A stretch of 64,000 nt of DNA from Candidatus Margulisiibacteriota bacterium. GTDB lineage: Bacteria > Margulisbacteria > Riflemargulisbacteria > GWF2-39-127. Where the stretch lies: assembly GCA_003242895.1 (NCBI GenBank), contig QKMY01000023.1, positions 1,982 to 65,981 on the forward strand, written 5' to 3'. The translations under genes were made by a program, and so were the position numbers. Shown here one piece after another: positions 47,294 through 56,259 of this stretch (within the stretch, counting starts at the first letter, position 1; each line of letters opens with the position of its first letter). The notes below the pieces were generated by a model that was given only the letters and a program-made list of their open reading frames with translations, did not search any database and had not been told where the DNA came from.

Positions 47294-47477
47294 AGAATTA
47301 ACCTCCGTCTGAGTAGTTGATAGCAATATTGCTAACTAAAATTTCTGAAAAGTATAAAAAGCTTTCGCTGCTTGTAATTGCCAATAATCAGTGAGCAGCG
47401 ATCGGCTGTTTATTTACTTCTATCAGTGGTCATGTTTTTGTTATCTTAAAAGTTGATTTATGAAGTATCTATATTTG

Positions 47478-47506
47478 AGCTTATAATTTTTTTTTTATGA
47501 AGTCAA
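47478..47506 (-). promoter_or_regulatory. Putative sigma-70 promoter of motAB
   Basis: Minus strand TTGACT-N17-TAAGCT, about 185 bp upstream of the motA start. Confidence 0.45.
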
Positions 47507-47524
47507 GTTATTGTTGGTGTATGT

Positions 47525-47752
47525 ACAGGGCAATCGCATACTAAATAAAGAAACTTTTCAATAATGACGTCATCCCAGCATGTATTAGCTGGGATCCATT
47601 CTGTAAAACTAATCAAAATGAAGAATAAATAATTGATATCCTATTTCAGGATAATAATCCTGATTGGAATGACCTTTATTATAGGTTATAGTTTATAGAT
47701 CCCTGATGAGGGCATTCAGAAATGACGGAATTTTAGTATGCGATAGCCCTGT
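47525..47752. mobile_element. MITE/REP-like non-autonomous element
   Basis: 21-bp terminal inverted repeats ACAGGGC[A/T]ATCGCATACTAAA (one mismatch), enclosing GTCATCCCAGC..GCTGGGATCC and GATCCCTGA..TCAGAAATGAC half-palindromes; no ORF inside. Confidence 0.65.
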
Positions 47753-47764
47753 TGAAAGATATTC

Positions 47765-47792
47765 TTGACGTATAATATTTTTGAGATATTAT
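47765..47792 (+). promoter_or_regulatory. Putative sigma-70 promoter with no downstream protein gene
   Basis: TTGACG-N16-TATTAT, pointing at the hairpin at 47809-47869. Confidence 0.45.
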
Positions 47793-47808
47793 CTTAGCAG
47801 CTAGCTAG

Positions 47809-47869
47809 GAGGGGTCCGCTTCTCGTACTTATTGTGACCTTGTTCCAATGTATGAGGAGTGGGCTTCTC
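47809..47869 (+). ncRNA. Candidate small hairpin RNA
   Basis: 47809-47828 pairs with 47850-47869 over 20 contiguous bp, and all six non-Watson-Crick pairs are G-U on the plus strand. An inner ATTG/CAAT stem extends it. Confidence 0.5.
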
Positions 47870-47916
47870 ATAACGATAAATAATATATAGTGCTCATTTT
47901 GAAATAATTGAATACA

Positions 47917-48951
47917 CTATATCTCGTTTGACATGATTTGTTTGAGAATGTCCATTTCATCAAGCGCTTTTCCAGTTCCATAGGCAACGCAAGATAAAGG
48001 GTCTTCGGCAATCACGACATCAATGTCTGTTTCTTTTGCAATGAACTTATCAAGGCCGTGAAGTAATGCGCCTCCACCTGCGAGAACTATTCCTTTTTCC
48101 ATAATATCAGATGATAGTTCAGGAGGGGTCTTTTCGAGAACTGTGCGGACAGCGTTAACTATGGTATTGATTGGCTCGGAGATTGCTTCTCTTACTTCGG
48201 TTGAAGTAATATTAAATGTTTTTGGAAGTCCGGTAACGAGATCTCTTCCTCGTATTTCCATGGTTTTTTCTTTTTCGAACGGGAACGCTGATCCAAGTTC
48301 CATTTTTATTTCTTCAGCTGTTCTTTCTCCGATAAGTAGTCTGTAATTATCACGGCAGTGGGTGATAATCGCTTCATCAAGCTCGTCACCTGCAACTCGG
48401 ACGGATTTGGATATGACGATGCCGCCTAATGAGATAACGGCAACCTCTGTTGTGCCTCCGCCGATGTCTACGATCATATTTCCTTCTGGTTCGGATACCG
48501 GGAGTCCTGCTCCAATTGCTGCTGCCATAGGCTCTTCAATAAGATAAGCCTCTCGCGCACCAGCATGAACGGCAGCATCTAGTACTGCTCTTTTCTCGAC
48601 ACCAGTGATGCCGGAAGGTACTCCGATGACTACTCGTGGACTAATTAATGATGAACGGTTGTGGACTTTCTGGATAAAATAACGGATCATTGTTTCGGTA
48701 ACTTCGAAGTTTGCTATAACGCCGTCTCTCATTGGTCTTACAGCAGTGATATTGCCTGGAGTTCTTCCTATCATTCTTTTGGCTTCGTTTCCAACTGCTA
48801 GTGTCATATTGGTTCTTTGATCAATCGCAACTACAGAAGGTTCTCTCAGGACAATTCCTTCACCTTTAATATATATAAGAGTGTTTGCGGTTCCAAGATC
48901 TATGCCTAAGTCGTGTGAAAATCTACCAAAAAACTTGCCAAATAATTTCAT
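47917..48951 (-). CDS. mreB: Rod shape-determining protein MreB
   Basis: Motifs [43 protein letters not shown] and GGGALL. Confidence 0.97.
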   Translation of the reverse strand: MKLFGKFFGRFSHDLGIDLGTANTLIYIKGEGIVLREPSVVAIDQRTNMTLAVGNEAKRMIGRTPGNITAVRPMRDGVIANFEVTETMIRYFIQKVHNRSSLISPRVVIGVPSGITGVEKRAVLDAAVHAGAREAYLIEEPMAAAIGAGLPVSEPEGNMIVDIGGGTTEVAVISLGGIVISKSVRVAGDELDEAIITHCRDNYRLLIGERTAEEIKMELGSAFPFEKEKTMEIRGRDLVTGLPKTFNITSTEVREAISEPINTIVNAVRTVLEKTPPELSSDIMEKGIVLAGGGALLHGLDKFIAKETDIDVVIAEDPLSCVAYGTGKALDEMDILKQIMSNEI

Positions 48952-49060
48952 GAATAGAATAAACTCCTTTGGGTCCAGAATGAATAAATGAGTGAAATTT
49001 AAAAAAGAATAACAGAAATCATCGTACAACGAAAGCCTTCAAAAATCAATATAGTAATTT

Positions 49061-49813
49061 TTACTGTTGTATTTCTATTTTCGCTTCGATGGGGTGTGGC
49101 TGTTTGTTTCTTAGGAGTGTAACGATGTATTCGCAAGGGCCGGAGATCATATACAGAAGTCCAATTATTAGGAGAGAGAATTTGTAGTATGAAATTATTG
49201 TAAACCCAAGGAAGACTATTGTTATGAGTACGCTGAATGGTTTTCGATTCTTCAGGTCAAGCTCTTTGAGTCCGTGATATTTGAAGTTGCTTACCATGAG
49301 TATTGATAAAAGGTACACTATTGCAGCGATGAGCGCCGGATTGTTGATTAGTGGACTAAGAAAGGATGAATATTCGGAGTGGCTAAAGACTATATAAGAT
49401 AAAATTACTCCAGCCGCCGCAGGGGTTGGCAGTCCAACAAAGCATTTAATACTGGAATTTTTTGTGATTACATTAAACCTGGCAAGGCGCATTGCACAAC
49501 ATGCAACAAAAAGGAATGCTGCCATCCAACCAATTTTCCCGAATGGTTTTAGCATTGATAAATAGATTAATAGTGAAGGAGCTATGCCAAATGATAAAAT
49601 ATCGGAAAGTGAGTCAAGTTCTATGCCAAAATGTGATGTCGTATGTGTTAGCCGGGCTATTTTGCCATCAAGTACATCAAATATACCTGCTGCGATTATA
49701 ATTAAAGCAGCTGTTAGGAAATGCCCGTTAATTGAAGCTATGATTGAATAGAATCCACAGAACATGCCGCTAATTGTTAGTAAATTAGGCAGGATATAAA
49801 TTCCTCGCTTCAT
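49061..49813 (-). CDS. pssA: CDP-diacylglycerol--serine O-phosphatidyltransferase
   Basis: Motifs LPNLLT, DVLDGKIAR..TSHFGIELDSLSD..SFG.AP, RLARFN and FVGLPTP. Confidence 0.94.
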   Translation of the reverse strand: MKRGIYILPNLLTISGMFCGFYSIIASINGHFLTAALIIIAAGIFDVLDGKIARLTHTTSHFGIELDSLSDILSFGIAPSLLIYLSMLKPFGKIGWMAAFLFVACCAMRLARFNVITKNSSIKCFVGLPTPAAAGVILSYIVFSHSEYSSFLSPLINNPALIAAIVYLLSILMVSNFKYHGLKELDLKNRKPFSVLITIVFLGFTIISYYKFSLLIIGLLYMISGPCEYIVTLLRNKQPHPIEAKIEIQQ

Positions 49814-50451
49814 CTGAGCTCTCCTATTATTGTGCTCCCACCTTTAACTTTTTCCCCAACATTAACATTTATTTTGCATTGAGAAGGTAATAATAAGTCG
49901 ACGCGGGACCCGAATTTGATGAGTCCGAAGCGGTCGCCTTTTTTTATCATATCACCGTTTTGCGGCCAGCAGACGATTCGGCGCGCTATGAGTCCTGCGA
50001 TTTGTTTTACAATGATTTTTTTGTTGTCATTTGTGATTGTTAAGGATGTTTGTTCGTTTACTTCCGAGGCTTTCTCTGCAAAAGCCACAAGGAATTTTCC
50101 GGGATTGTATTTTTTGTCCGAAATCATTCCTGTAATCGGCGCACGGTTGATATGTACATTAAAAACGGAAAGAAAGATACTTATCTGGTTGTATGTTTCG
50201 TTTCCAACGATGACAGGCTTAATTGCTACAACTTTGCCATCGGCCGGAGATACGATAAGATTTTCTTCGGTTGGTACCGTTCTTTCCGGATCTCTAAAGA
50301 AATATATTATGAAAAGGGACAGGAATAGGAAGAAATACGTAAGTAAGCTATTTTGAAGCGCATATGAGAAATAATAGAATACCAAGGATATTGCTATAAA
50401 TGGATAGCCTTCTTTTGCAATAGGTAATAATTTGGGTTTATTGTGGGTCAT
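49810..50451 (-). CDS. psd: Phosphatidylserine decarboxylase proenzyme
   Basis: Motifs FFRDPER, SPADG, FLSVFNVHINRAP, QIAGLIARRI and FGSRVD. Confidence 0.93.
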   Translation of the reverse strand: MTHNKPKLLPIAKEGYPFIAISLVFYYFSYALQNSLLTYFFLFLSLFIIYFFRDPERTVPTEENLIVSPADGKVVAIKPVIVGNETYNQISIFLSVFNVHINRAPITGMISDKKYNPGKFLVAFAEKASEVNEQTSLTITNDNKKIIVKQIAGLIARRIVCWPQNGDMIKKGDRFGLIKFGSRVDLLLPSQCKINVNVGEKVKGGSTIIGELR

Positions 50452-50919
50452 AGGATTCTTTTCAAAAAAATAGTAAAGTTTGATAGATATTATATTAAAA
50501 TTCAACAGCCTTTGTAAAGGACATATATTTTCTTGTTCGAAAGGTATATCGTCGTTATCCTGAATTAGTCTCAACAATCTTCTCTGTTATGATGTTAATT
50601 CTGCTGAGAAAATTTTAGTTGCGGTTTCTTTGAATTGTAATTAAAGTATATCAAAAAAATTAAGATCAGTAGTGCTGTTTTTGGAGGGGATCAAATATTT
50701 GAACGGTATTTTTAATGTTGTTATAGGAAAATATTGTGTCACCCTGTCAGGGTTGACTTGTTGCGGTATAGTTGTTATTCTGTAGCCCGTTAAAATGCTC
50801 TGCGTTTGCTCTTGTGGTTATTTCCAATAAAACATCTTCATTGTCGTAAAAAATCCAAAATATTGTAAGTATATAGTATGAGATGCAAATAGAGTAATAT
50901 AATAATAAGGAGAATTATT

Positions 50920-52392
50920 GTGAAAAACAGAATCAAAATAGCAATAAGTACATTATTCTTAATTGCGAGTGTGTTCCTCTCTGTAGGGTATAGTTCTTTA
51001 TTTATTTCTGAGGAAAGACCATTTCCTTTGCCCGGTCCGACGATTCCAGCGATTCCAGCTTTTCCTGGTGCTGAAGGGTTTGGGGCAAAAACGCGAGGCG
51101 CTTATGCGTTGCCAAATCAACGTCCGGTGGTTTTGAAAGTGACTAATTTGAATGATAGCGGGAATGGTAGTTTAAGGTGGGCATTAGAATATGATGGTCC
51201 CAGAGTTGTTGTTTTTAACACCGGGGGGACTATAAAGCTTAATCAGGAGATTTCTGTTGAGCATCCTTACCTGACTATTGCCGGACAAACTGCTCCGGGT
51301 GGGGGTATCTGCATTAAGGGTGCGCCGATAAGGATAAAGAGTCATAACATTATCGTAAGAGGGCTTCGGGTGCGGAATGGAAATTTACGTACCAGTACAG
51401 ATTTCCAGAATGGAGATGGCCTTTCTATTGAAGCTTCAGGAGGGTATACCTGTCCGAATGGTGAACCTAATAATATCATTATAGACCATTGTTCGATAAC
51501 TTGGGGGAGTGATGAAAATGGGCAGGTATGGTATGCAGCTCACGATATTACCTGGCAATGGAATATTATTGCCGAGTCTATCTGGTCGCCTGCTTATCCT
51601 GAGATTACAGGCTATGGACTCCTGATAGGAAGTCGGGTCCACAACATTAGTATCCATCATAATTTGTTTGCTCATAATAAGGCGAGGAATCCGGAATGCA
51701 ATGCTGATACTAAAGGTGAAATTGTAAATAATGTAGTCTATAATTGGTCAAATAAAGGAACGGATTTCATCGGCAGTCCAAAAGAGAGCCCTAATTCCGG
51801 TTTCTACGATTTCCAGCCTTCTTATTGGAACCTGGTCGGTAATTATTATAAAAAGAAAGGTACCGAAGGCAACCCCAAACCTCTATTGCTTTTTAATTAT
51901 CCGGGCTGGAACAAAGAGTACTATATTCATGAAAATTCTAAGTTTTATTTAGAAGGTAATGCTAATGTTGCTAATAGCAGTCGGGACTGGGATATCGTCT
52001 CTTTTGAAGGCGGTGGAAACGGCAGCTCATATAAGTCCGAATCTCCGGTTATAGGCTTGTCAGGGATTAAAGCCGGTCCTGCTGACAGTATCTATTCTCC
52101 GGTCCTAAATAATGTTGGGGCAAGGCTCCCCATTGTTGATTCCGTGGATGCTCGCATAATTGCGGATGTGCAGAACGGAACAGGCGAAATCCGTTCAAGC
52201 GTAAGTGACGGAGATTATCCGGTTTTAGAAAGCGGTTCCGCCCCTGTTGATTCAGATGATGACGGGTTGCCGGATAGCTTCGAACTGTCACAAGGTGGTA
52301 GCGTGATCGGAATTGATCCGAATGAGAATGCGCCAAGCGGATATAGCTGGATTGAAGAATACGTTAATTCATTGATCCCGGCAGTCAATTAA
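50920..52392 (+). CDS. Secreted pectate lyase-like (PL1-type beta-helix) protein
   Basis: Signal peptide; PAFPGAEGFG, VTNLNDSG.GSLR, TIAGQTAPG, IDHCSITW..DE, HHNLFAHN..RNP and DSDDDGLPD. Confidence 0.88.
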   Translation: MKNRIKIAISTLFLIASVFLSVGYSSLFISEERPFPLPGPTIPAIPAFPGAEGFGAKTRGAYALPNQRPVVLKVTNLNDSGNGSLRWALEYDGPRVVVFNTGGTIKLNQEISVEHPYLTIAGQTAPGGGICIKGAPIRIKSHNIIVRGLRVRNGNLRTSTDFQNGDGLSIEASGGYTCPNGEPNNIIIDHCSITWGSDENGQVWYAAHDITWQWNIIAESIWSPAYPEITGYGLLIGSRVHNISIHHNLFAHNKARNPECNADTKGEIVNNVVYNWSNKGTDFIGSPKESPNSGFYDFQPSYWNLVGNYYKKKGTEGNPKPLLLFNYPGWNKEYYIHENSKFYLEGNANVANSSRDWDIVSFEGGGNGSSYKSESPVIGLSGIKAGPADSIYSPVLNNVGARLPIVDSVDARIIADVQNGTGEIRSSVSDGDYPVLESGSAPVDSDDDGLPDSFELSQGGSVIGIDPNENAPSGYSWIEEYVNSLIPAVN

Positions 52393-52600
52393 ACTAATAT
52401 GCTGCTGGTTGATGAATATTGTCTGCCGGCAGCTGCTTATTGCCGGAAACTATTTTTTGTCATTTTCGAACTCTCATGATTAAAACTTAGTGTTAGTGTT
52501 GGAATATTGTCTTGACAAATAATCGATATCGCATTAAAAAGTTACCTGGGAATAATTAATAATATTATTCATAATTCAATAGTAAGTATAGGATTAAAAT

Positions 52601-53653
52601 ATGAAAATTCTAATAACTGGGGCTGCAGGTTTTATCGGCTCTCATTTGGTTCGGAAGTTGGTTACGGAAGGCCACGTTGTTACCGGTCTTGATAATATTA
52701 ATGATTATTATGATGTTCGGCTAAAATACGGGCGATTGACAGAGGTTGGAATTGCTGAAGATAAGACTGAATACAACACGATAGTTCAGAGCGAAAATTA
52801 CGAAAACTATAAATTCATTAAATTAAATCTTGAAGACAAAGATAATCTGTTTAAGCTTTTTGAGAACGAGAAGTTTGATAAGGTATGCAACCTCGCTGCA
52901 CAGGCTGGTGTGAGGTACTCTATTACCAATCCTTATGCATATATTTCCAGTAATATTGTCGGGTTTATTAATATTCTTGAAGCCTGCCGGCATAATAATA
53001 TCAAGCATTTGGCGTATGCCAGCAGTTCTTCTGTTTACGGGCTCAATGAAGAAATGCCTTTTTCGACAAAGCATAATGTCGATCATCCGATCAGCCTTTA
53101 TGCGGCCAGCAAGAAAAGCAACGAGCTTATGGCACATACCTATAGTTACTTATATGGTCTTCCGACGACCGGATTGAGGTTCTTTACGGTATATGGCCCG
53201 TGGGGCCGTCCTGATATGGCGCTGTTCTTATTTGTTAAAGCTATTCTTGAGGAACGACCTATTGATATTTACAACAATGGAAAGATGATTAGGGATTTCA
53301 CTTATGTTGACGATATTGTAGAAGGTGTGACGAGAGTTATTAATACTCCTCCGGTAAAGAACGACAACTGGTCAGGCAGAGACGGAGATCCTTCCGCTAG
53401 TAAGGCGCCTTACAAAGTTTATAATATCGGGAATTCCGCTCCTGTTAATTTGATGGATTTTATTGAAGCTATTGAAAAAGAAGTCGGTAAACCCGCCAGG
53501 AAAAATTTTTTACCTATGCAGGATGGGGATGTTCCGGCTACCTGGGCTGATGTGTCTGACCTGATGAGCGATCTGAATTACAAACCTGATACTCCGGTAA
53601 GCAAAGGTATACAAGAGTTCGTGATCTGGTACAGGCAATTCTATAGGGTCTAG
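52601..53653 (+). CDS. NAD-dependent UDP-glucuronate 4-epimerase (CapI-like)
   Basis: Motifs TGAAGFIG, LAAQAGVRYS, ASSSSVYG, YAASKK and RFFTVYGPWGRPDMA. Confidence 0.93.
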   Translation: MKILITGAAGFIGSHLVRKLVTEGHVVTGLDNINDYYDVRLKYGRLTEVGIAEDKTEYNTIVQSENYENYKFIKLNLEDKDNLFKLFENEKFDKVCNLAAQAGVRYSITNPYAYISSNIVGFINILEACRHNNIKHLAYASSSSVYGLNEEMPFSTKHNVDHPISLYAASKKSNELMAHTYSYLYGLPTTGLRFFTVYGPWGRPDMALFLFVKAILEERPIDIYNNGKMIRDFTYVDDIVEGVTRVINTPPVKNDNWSGRDGDPSASKAPYKVYNIGNSAPVNLMDFIEAIEKEVGKPARKNFLPMQDGDVPATWADVSDLMSDLNYKPDTPVSKGIQEFVIWYRQFYRV

Positions 53654-53756
53654 TGTTCAGGTTGTAGCGCATTAAGGGGCTTTTATAGTCTCACCGTTGT
53701 CAGTGAGTCCGGATAATACTTTTCAAATTTCCACTGAGAATGGCTTGGCTTCTTCT

Positions 53757-54329
53757 TTATTGCTGGGTTTTCCCTATCAAAGACAGGAATTCCTGCCTGG
53801 TAGCGGGATGATCGCGAAAACTCCCCAGAAGTGATGACGTGACAAGCATTGAGTTCTGTTTTTGTACGCCTCTCATCATCATGCAAAGGTGCCGGGCTTC
53901 AATCATGACTCCCACTCCAGCCGCACCGATTGCATCCTTAATGGCATTTGAAATTTGTTCAGTTAAATGTTCCTGGATTTGTAATCTCCGTGAGTAGGTA
54001 TCTACTATGCGGGCAAGTTTACTTGCACCAATTACTTTTCCATTAGGAAGATAACCAATATGGCAGCGCCCATAGAAGGGTAAGAGATGGTGTTCGCAAA
54101 GGCTATAGAGCTCTATATCTTTTATGATAATCATACTATCTACTTCTTGAGTAAAAATTGCATTATTGATTAATTTTTTCATATCTACAGAATATCCCGA
54201 GGTAAGGAATTTTAAGGACTTGGCTAGCCTATTGGGCGTTCTCACTATCCCTTCACGGTTGGTATCTTCACCAAGTTCAGTTAATAATTCCTTTACCAGC
54301 ATTTCAATTCGTTCATTATTCCTAGGCAT
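53757..54329 (-). CDS. folE: GTP cyclohydrolase I
   Basis: Motifs [22 protein letters not shown] and HLCMMMRG. Confidence 0.95.
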   Translation of the reverse strand: MPRNNERIEMLVKELLTELGEDTNREGIVRTPNRLAKSLKFLTSGYSVDMKKLINNAIFTQEVDSMIIIKDIELYSLCEHHLLPFYGRCHIGYLPNGKVIGASKLARIVDTYSRRLQIQEHLTEQISNAIKDAIGAAGVGVMIEARHLCMMMRGVQKQNSMLVTSSLLGSFRDHPATRQEFLSLIGKTQQ

Positions 54330-54840
54330 GTGAAATCTCTTTTCTCACTTGTTCTGTATATTCTTTTAGAGGTTCCATATTTGCTTGTGATAATTTCCCG
54401 GCTACTTTATCTATTGGGACGTTCCATCCGGGCAAGACCAAATCCGGAGATAATTCCATTAAGGGAATTGCTAAGAACGACCGACATACGATCATTGGAT
54501 CCGGAAGTGTCATTTTATCGGTTACTAGGACAAGACTGTCATATATGATTAAGTCAAGATCAATGGTACGGGAGGCATATTTATCAGCACTTCTTTCTCT
54601 TCCCAGACTTTTTTCGATGGGTTTGAGCACGGAATTTTTTAATTGCAGCGGAGGTTTTTCCGTATTTATTTCTATTACGCAATTATAGTAGGCGGGCTGG
54701 TTTTTATGACCTTCGGGTTCTGTCCGATAGACGGTAGAGATTTTTACTACATGTTCCTTGGCTGAGAGCATCCCGATTGCACTTTTAACATTTTTACCCG
54801 GACTGATATTTGAACCGATACTTACGAATGCCCTTGTCAT
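54322..54840 (-). CDS. folK: 6-hydroxymethyl-7,8-dihydropterin pyrophosphokinase
   Basis: Motifs [21 protein letters not shown] and LPDP. Confidence 0.88.
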   Translation of the reverse strand: MTRAFVSIGSNISPGKNVKSAIGMLSAKEHVVKISTVYRTEPEGHKNQPAYYNCVIEINTEKPPLQLKNSVLKPIEKSLGRERSADKYASRTIDLDLIIYDSLVLVTDKMTLPDPMIVCRSFLAIPLMELSPDLVLPGWNVPIDKVAGKLSQANMEPLKEYTEQVRKEISHA

Positions 54841-55199
54841 TGTTCTGCCTTTTGCTTTCGTACAATTTCTACGCCGGCACTTCGGGCAAAACGTAGCGCC
54901 ATTGGCTTCTCAACCAGTACGTTGACTTCTGCCACTATAGGGTTTGCCAAGCAAATTCCGGCGATAGATTCTGCAAGAGCCTCGATTAAATAGCAGCTCG
55001 AATTTTCTATGTTGTTCAGGATTGCTTTCTTGAGTGTGCGATAATCGAGGGTGTCTTCGAAGCGGTCACTTTTCCCTGCTTTCTGAAGGTCTAGAGACAG
55101 TTTTATGTTGATTACGACATCTTGTTTTTCCCGGCGTTCTTTGTCGTTCACGCCAATGATACAGCGCGTACGAAGATCATTAATCAATATTTTATCCAT
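54837..55199 (-). CDS. Dihydroneopterin aldolase/epimerase (FolB/FolX family)
   Basis: Motifs IIGV..ER..KQDVVIN, DYRTL, LIEALAE and KPMALRFARS. Confidence 0.88.
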   Translation of the reverse strand: MDKILINDLRTRCIIGVNDKERREKQDVVINIKLSLDLQKAGKSDRFEDTLDYRTLKKAILNNIENSSCYLIEALAESIAGICLANPIVAEVNVLVEKPMALRFARSAGVEIVRKQKAEQ

Positions 55200-55926
55200 T
55201 GAGGTGTTTTCCTCCGTCTACGCTGATTATCTGTCCAGTTAAGTAAGTACTCTTGAGAAGATAGATAACCGCCTGCGCTATATCAGAAGGATTGCCGTGT
55301 TTTTTTAAAGGGACGGTTTCTGCTAATTTTTCAAGAAAATGTTCATCTTTGCCTGCTGGCGGGAGAATAAGCCCGGGGGCAATTCCATTGACGGAAACCT
55401 TCGGAGCAAAACTGACGGCAGTCATTTTGGTTAGGAGTAAGAGCATGTTTTTACTTAAAATATAAGCGGTATGGTCCCAATCATAACTGTAGATTTTTGT
55501 ATCAAGCAAATTAATTATTTTACCTTTGCCCATTATGCGGACGAACTCCCGGCTGAGATTAAAAGGGGACCAGGCGTTGACTTGCATTTGCTGAACTATA
55601 TTTTCGAAAGTCATATCCATAAGAGTGTTTCGGGAAAAAATCGAAGCGTTATTAATAAGGAAATCGAATGGCCCTGCCATATCTGCTGTCCTCCGGATTA
55701 GGGTTTCGGTTTCCTGCAAATTCGCGAAATCTGCTTTTATTAGCCACCATTTTACTTTGCGCTCTGTCAAACGGTCACTCAGTTCTTTCGTCTCTTCGAT
55801 TTCTTTCGGATAATGAATGACTATGTTAACTCTTTCGTCAGCCAGTGCTAGAGCTATCGACCGGCCAATGCGTTTCCCGGCGCCTGTGATCAAGGCAGTT
55901 TTACCTGATAATATTTCTTGGCTCAA
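55192..55926 (-). CDS. Pteridine reductase-like SDR (FolM/PTR1)
   Basis: TGAGKRIG (Arg typical of pteridine reductases), NNASIF, YILSK and VNGIAPG; pterin-gene context. Confidence 0.82.
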   Translation of the reverse strand: MSQEILSGKTALITGAGKRIGRSIALALADERVNIVIHYPKEIEETKELSDRLTERKVKWWLIKADFANLQETETLIRRTADMAGPFDFLINNASIFSRNTLMDMTFENIVQQMQVNAWSPFNLSREFVRIMGKGKIINLLDTKIYSYDWDHTAYILSKNMLLLLTKMTAVSFAPKVSVNGIAPGLILPPAGKDEHFLEKLAETVPLKKHGNPSDIAQAVIYLLKSTYLTGQIISVDGGKHLNG

Positions 55927-55928
55927 AG

Positions 55929-56249
55929 TTAATTCCTCAAATCGATTTTTGCCGCTAAAATGAAATCGTTTTGTGAAAGCCCTCCAACTTTATGTGTGGA
56001 TAATGACAGGGTTACTTTGCTGTAAAAAATGCAAATATCAGGATGATGGTCCTGAGCTTGAGCAAGTTCGGCTATTTTGTTTACAAAATCAATTGCTTCA
56101 TTAAAATCCTTAAAAGCAAATTCCCTGATTAGTTGCTTTTCTTTAAGAGACCAGTTCGGGACTTCTTTCAAGAGTCTATTGGCTTCGTTCATGGAAAGAG
56201 CTGGATCTCCCTGTTTATATGGTTTACAATTTTGCTCTGCAAGCTTCAT
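55929..56249 (-). CDS. phhB: Pterin-4-alpha-carbinolamine dehydratase
   Basis: Motifs FKDF, DHHPD and STHKVGGLSQNDFILAAKID. Confidence 0.93.
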   Translation of the reverse strand: MKLAEQNCKPYKQGDPALSMNEANRLLKEVPNWSLKEKQLIREFAFKDFNEAIDFVNKIAELAQAQDHHPDICIFYSKVTLSLSTHKVGGLSQNDFILAAKIDLRN

Positions 56250-56259
56250 ATTTTTCTCC

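Noticed and set aside
50738..50757. GTCACCCTGTCAGGGTTGAC REP-like hairpin
   Set aside because: Single short copy in the window.
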